From the NCBI GenBank assembly GCA_964625335.1, contig CAZVBE010000009.1, positions 13,494 through 77,493 of the forward strand: a DNA stretch of 64,000 nucleotides, in the 5' to 3' direction. The translations under genes and the position numbers were made by a program. The notes beneath the pieces were generated by a model. That model did not search any database. It saw nothing but the letters and a program-made list of their open reading frames with translations, and was not told the origin of the DNA. Source of the DNA: an uncultured Clostridium sp. GTDB lineage: Bacteria; Bacillota; Clostridia; Ch29. Shown here in pieces: positions 61,153 to 64,000 of the stretch. Position 1 is the first letter of the stretch. The number at the start of each line of letters is the position of its first letter.

Positions 61153-61785
61153 TCACAGTTTTTCCCTTAATTCCCTTATTTCCTTAAGCAGCATTGCTAT
61201 GTCCGACTTGGTGGCCGGATAGTTCAGGTAATCCACAGCATTGTTTGTGTTTAGCTCTGAAGCCCCGTTTATCCTCTGGTATAAAAAATGGCAGTTCCTT
61301 AAATGCTGGTTGACGTTTTTGATACTGTGCATACATTTTAAAGCTCTGCCATCCTTAAGTATTACCAGTGAATGCGTCCTCCCGGCCTCGGTTACATCCC
61401 TGACAGCCAAATAGTTAATATAGCCCCTGCAGGAATCGTTCTTTGAAATGACTTCCCTCATTTTTAACGGCATCAATATTGTATCTGGATTGATAGGCAG
61501 GGGAACAGCCCGTCTGCAGCCCAGTATTTCAGCATATTTCTTCCTTGAAGCCCCAAGGTCGACAGCATATTCTCTGGCGGTATTCTTAAGAACCGTTTTT
61601 ATTGTCCGGGGAATTACTACCGGTTCTTCGTCAAGGTATATCACCTCTGTGACATTACCCATACTGCTGTGGTAACAGGGAACAAGGGCAGCCATTGCCT
61701 TTTGTGCAGGAATGTCCAATTTGCCCAATCCACCAGCCTCCTTTACACGCATCGTATGATGACCTGCAGGACCCCGCCGATGCAT
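61153..61785 (-). CDS. comK: ComK-family competence transcription factor (start codon uncertain)
   Basis: The C-terminal half ...ILGCRRAVPLPINPDTILMPLKMREVISKNDSCRGYINYLAVRDVTEAGRTHSLVILKDGRALKCMHSIKNVNQHLRNCHFL parallels B. subtilis ComK. Several in-frame ATGs (61785, 61752, 61695, 61662) all have weak SDs. Confidence 0.65.
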   Translation of the reverse strand: MHRRGPAGHHTMRVKEAGGLGKLDIPAQKAMAALVPCYHSSMGNVTEVIYLDEEPVVIPRTIKTVLKNTAREYAVDLGASRKKYAEILGCRRAVPLPINPDTILMPLKMREVISKNDSCRGYINYLAVRDVTEAGRTHSLVILKDGRALKCMHSIKNVNQHLRNCHFLYQRINGASELNTNNAVDYLNYPATKSDIAMLLKEIRELREKL

Positions 61786-61856
61786 GTTAGACTTTATCCT
61801 TTGTCAAAACATTATAAGCGCTGTTTTGGCGTTTGGTGATAACCGGGCTTCAAGGG

Positions 61857-61895
61857 ACGGGGACACACCGCAGTATGTCCCCGATTGACAGTTCT
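61857..61895 (+). repeat. Copy of the GGGGACACACC...ATGTCCCCGATTGA element
   Basis: acGGGGACACACCGCAGTATGTCCCCGATTGACAGttc. It has a 7-bp GGGGACA/TGTCCCC stem and a 10-nt loop, and it sits between the DUF2922 gene and comK. Confidence 0.8.
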
Positions 61896-61960
61896 ATGGG
61901 TCTGCGGGTTTGCACAGGTAATAATGCGACATGGCACGTCTTTCTTATACCGCATTTTCC

Positions 61961-62182
61961 CTATCCTTCTATCGGTATTTCAGTTATTTCTGTCGCCACA
62001 ATCCTGGCGCCGGTTATTGCAACCAAATCCCCGCCGCCGGTAGTAAATATCCCACGGCCCAGTATAGCGTTCATGGCAGATTGTACTTCCTGCTGGGTAA
62101 CGTCCTCCCGGACATTATCCACCGAAACAGTCGACCTTCTTCCGGCTGCATTGGAGAATACCATTTCCAGCCTTCTGGCCAT
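61961..62182 (-). CDS. DUF2922-family small protein
   Basis: 73-aa ORF MARRLEMVFSNAAGRRSTVSVDNVREDVTQQEVQSAMNAILG...TTGGGDLV... It has a GGGAGGTGA SD and is paired with a DUF1659 gene. Confidence 0.7.
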   Translation of the reverse strand: MARRLEMVFSNAAGRRSTVSVDNVREDVTQQEVQSAMNAILGRGIFTTGGGDLVAITGARIVATEITEIPIEG

Positions 62183-62235
62183 TTCGTCACCTCCCTTCCG
62201 TAATATCGGGTTGTCTGGATGCTTTCCACAATGTC

Positions 62236-62460
62236 CTAGACGTTAACCAGTTCTGCCTCACTTATCCTGCTGACGGATACCAGTGAATAGTCCTGCAGTC
62301 CCGACAGTACCACCGCAATATCATAGACATCCTGGTCGTCGGCTTCGGGCTTAACCCCCGAATAGGTCCTTGTGGAATACCTTGGGTTCCCTTGTTCGTC
62401 CTGCCCAACTTCAAACCTGAGCCTTAATCTGGAATCCACCTGCTGTACCTGTAATGGCAT
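62236..62460 (-). CDS. DUF1659-family small protein
   Basis: The start is placed at the ATG at 62460, 7 nt after AAAGGTGG. MPLQVQQVDSRLRLRFEVGQDEQGNPRYSTRTYSGVKPEADDQDVYDIAVVLSGLQ... Confidence 0.7.
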   Translation of the reverse strand: MPLQVQQVDSRLRLRFEVGQDEQGNPRYSTRTYSGVKPEADDQDVYDIAVVLSGLQDYSLVSVSRISEAELVNV

Positions 62461-62564
62461 ATTCTCACCACCTTTCAATGTAATTCTAACCGGTGTACAT
62501 AATATGGGTAAAACTACCTTCAGTTCCTCTAGGGTTGAAACCGGCTTTCAACAAAGTCCCTATA

Positions 62565-62613
62565 ACTAAAAATAACACCGGATTATGCCCGTAACGGCTA
62601 ATAACCCGGTGTT
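62565..62613 (-). terminator. Rho-independent terminator of metK
   Basis: aacaccgg-N24-ccggtgtt (8-bp stem). It is followed on the minus strand by AUUUUUAGUU and lies 25 nt after the metK stop. Confidence 0.7.
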
Positions 62614-62637
62614 AAAAAATCTATTCCTTATGTTTAA

Positions 62638-63828
62638 TTATATTCGTAAAGCCTGGCTTTTTAATGCCTGCACCTTGTCCAGCCGCTCCCAGGAAAGGTC
62701 TATGTCTGTCCTGCCAAAATGCCCGTAAGCCGCCACCTGTCTGTAGACCGGTCTCCTCAAATCAAGGTCCCTTATTATCGCTGCCGGACGCAGGTCAAAA
62801 TTCGCGTTGATAAGCTTTATTATGTCATCCTCCGCAATCTTGGATGTACCAAAGGTGTCCGCCATTATGGATACCGGCTTTGCTACGCCTATTGCATAGG
62901 CCAGCTGTACTTCGCACTTTTCGGCAAGCCCCGCAGCTACTATGTTTTTGGCCACGTATCTGGCTGCATAGGAAGCGGAACGGTCAACCTTGGTTGGATC
63001 CTTACCCGAAAAGGCCCCGCCGCCATGGCGGGCATAACCGCCATAGGTATCCACTATTATCTTTCTGCCCGTCAACCCCGAATCCCCCTGGGGACCTCCT
63101 ACCACAAACCTGCCCGTCGGGTTTATATAATACCTGGTGTTTTTATCCAGCAATTCCTCCGGAACAACCTTTTTTATGACATGCTCTGTCAAACCATCCC
63201 TTATTGTCTGTCCGTCGGCCTTGGGGTGATGCTGGGTGGAAATAACTATTGTATCAACCCGTACCGGCTTGTCCCCTTCATATTCGACGGTTACCTGGGA
63301 CTTGCCGTCCGGCCTGATATAGGGCAGTAACTTGGATTTTCTTACCTCAGCCAGCCTTCTGGTTAAGCCGTGGGCCAAATATATGGGAAGCGGCATATAT
63401 GTGTCGGTTTCGTTACAGGCAAATCCGAACATCATACCCTGGTCCCCTGCGCCCGTTGTATCTATATGGTTGCCGGTATCGCCCTGCTTTGCCTCAAGGG
63501 CCTTGTCAACACCCAAAGCTATATCGGGAGACTGCTCATCTATTGATGTCATCACTGCGCATGTATCACCGTCAAATCCGTACTTGGCCCTTGTATACCC
63601 AATCTCTTTAACGGTCTGCCTGACAATGCTGGGTATATCCACATAACACTCGGTACTAATCTCCCCCATAACCATAACAAGGCCGGTGGTCACCGCGGTT
63701 TCACAGGCGACCCTTGCATAGGGATCCTTGGTTAGTATTGCATCCAGCACAGCATCTGATATTTGGTCGCATATCTTGTCCGGATGTCCCTCGGTAACCG
63801 ATTCCGAAGTAAACAGCTTTCTGGCCAT
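62638..63828 (-). CDS. metK: S-adenosylmethionine synthetase
   Basis: 396-aa [35 protein letters not shown]...GGGAFSGKD. An AAGGAGGG SD is present. Confidence 0.97.
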   Translation of the reverse strand: MARKLFTSESVTEGHPDKICDQISDAVLDAILTKDPYARVACETAVTTGLVMVMGEISTECYVDIPSIVRQTVKEIGYTRAKYGFDGDTCAVMTSIDEQSPDIALGVDKALEAKQGDTGNHIDTTGAGDQGMMFGFACNETDTYMPLPIYLAHGLTRRLAEVRKSKLLPYIRPDGKSQVTVEYEGDKPVRVDTIVISTQHHPKADGQTIRDGLTEHVIKKVVPEELLDKNTRYYINPTGRFVVGGPQGDSGLTGRKIIVDTYGGYARHGGGAFSGKDPTKVDRSASYAARYVAKNIVAAGLAEKCEVQLAYAIGVAKPVSIMADTFGTSKIAEDDIIKLINANFDLRPAAIIRDLDLRRPVYRQVAAYGHFGRTDIDLSWERLDKVQALKSQALRI

Positions 63829-63849
63829 TATTGTACCCTCCTTAGTGCT

Positions 63850-64000
63850 GTAAAATAAAAAGCCCCCTTATGTATAAGGAGGTTATTATACCACCTTATC
63901 TTACAGAATATAAAATCCTGTGGGAATTGGCACCATAGCTCAAATACGCCGGTTGCCGGGTTTCATAGGGCCCTTGTCCCTCCACCTCTCTTGATAAGGT
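63850..64000 (-). promoter_or_regulatory. SAM-I (S-box) riboswitch upstream of metK. The aptamer runs to the window edge and may be cut by a few nt.
   Basis: The reverse complement of 63893-64000 reads accttatcaagagaggtggagggacaagggccctatgaaacccggcaaccggcg...ggtgccaattcccacagg...ctgtaagataagg, which is the S-box consensus (CUCUUAUCAAGAGAGGUGGAGGGAC...AUGAAACCCGGCAACC...GGUGCCAAUUCC). The expression platform 63850-63892 contains an anti-SD, CCTCCTTA. Confidence 0.88.

Overview
This 64-kb window from a low-GC Gram-positive (Firmicutes/Clostridia-like) chromosome is mostly core genome, and almost everything is on the minus strand. It has strong Shine-Dalgarno sites, a CIRCE operator, sporulation coat genes and a flagellar cluster. 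Gene content from start to end: (1) A complete purine biosynthesis operon, purE-C-S-Q-L-F-M-N-H, behind a guanine riboswitch. (2) The phosphoglycerate mutase gene apgM. (3) A four-gene plus-strand block: a membrane-anchored LuxR regulator, a secreted repeat protein and two small membrane proteins. (4) guaB-guaA, with an exact 756-bp duplicate of the guaA 3' end joined by tandem 22-nt palindromic repeats. (5) A coat F-domain spore coat gene pair, then groES-groEL with CIRCE. (6) An OGG-type DNA glycosylase and a PTS EIIC-like gene. (7) An ISLre2/UPF0236-family IS element. (8) gdh, a P-loop/Asp23 fusion protein, rex, an ABC-F ATPase, ansA and a GntR regulator. (9) bioY under a BirA operator. (10) A DnaA-box cluster next to a tsaE-tsaB-rimI-tsaD operon that has two small inserted genes. 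(11) Amidohydrolase, MFS transporter, tex, and secA-prfB with the programmed +1 frameshift. (12) Two hypothetical genes, then hpf. (13) A late flagellar cluster with csrA-fliW-hag, followed by comFC, recD2 and comK. (14) A DUF2922/DUF1659 pair and metK behind a SAM-I riboswitch. The observations most worth follow-up are the guaA 3' duplication with its junction repeat array, a dispersed palindromic GGGGACA...TGTCCCC(GATTGA) element family at three or more intergenic loci, a cluster of four perfect DnaA boxes downstream of tsaD, a 222-bp GC-rich element with 13-bp terminal inverted repeats between hpf and the flagellar genes, and a shared C-terminal SFFDKK(V/K) tail on three flagellar chaperone/anti-sigma proteins. 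I see no canonical defence system (no CRISPR, restriction-modification or toxin-antitoxin).
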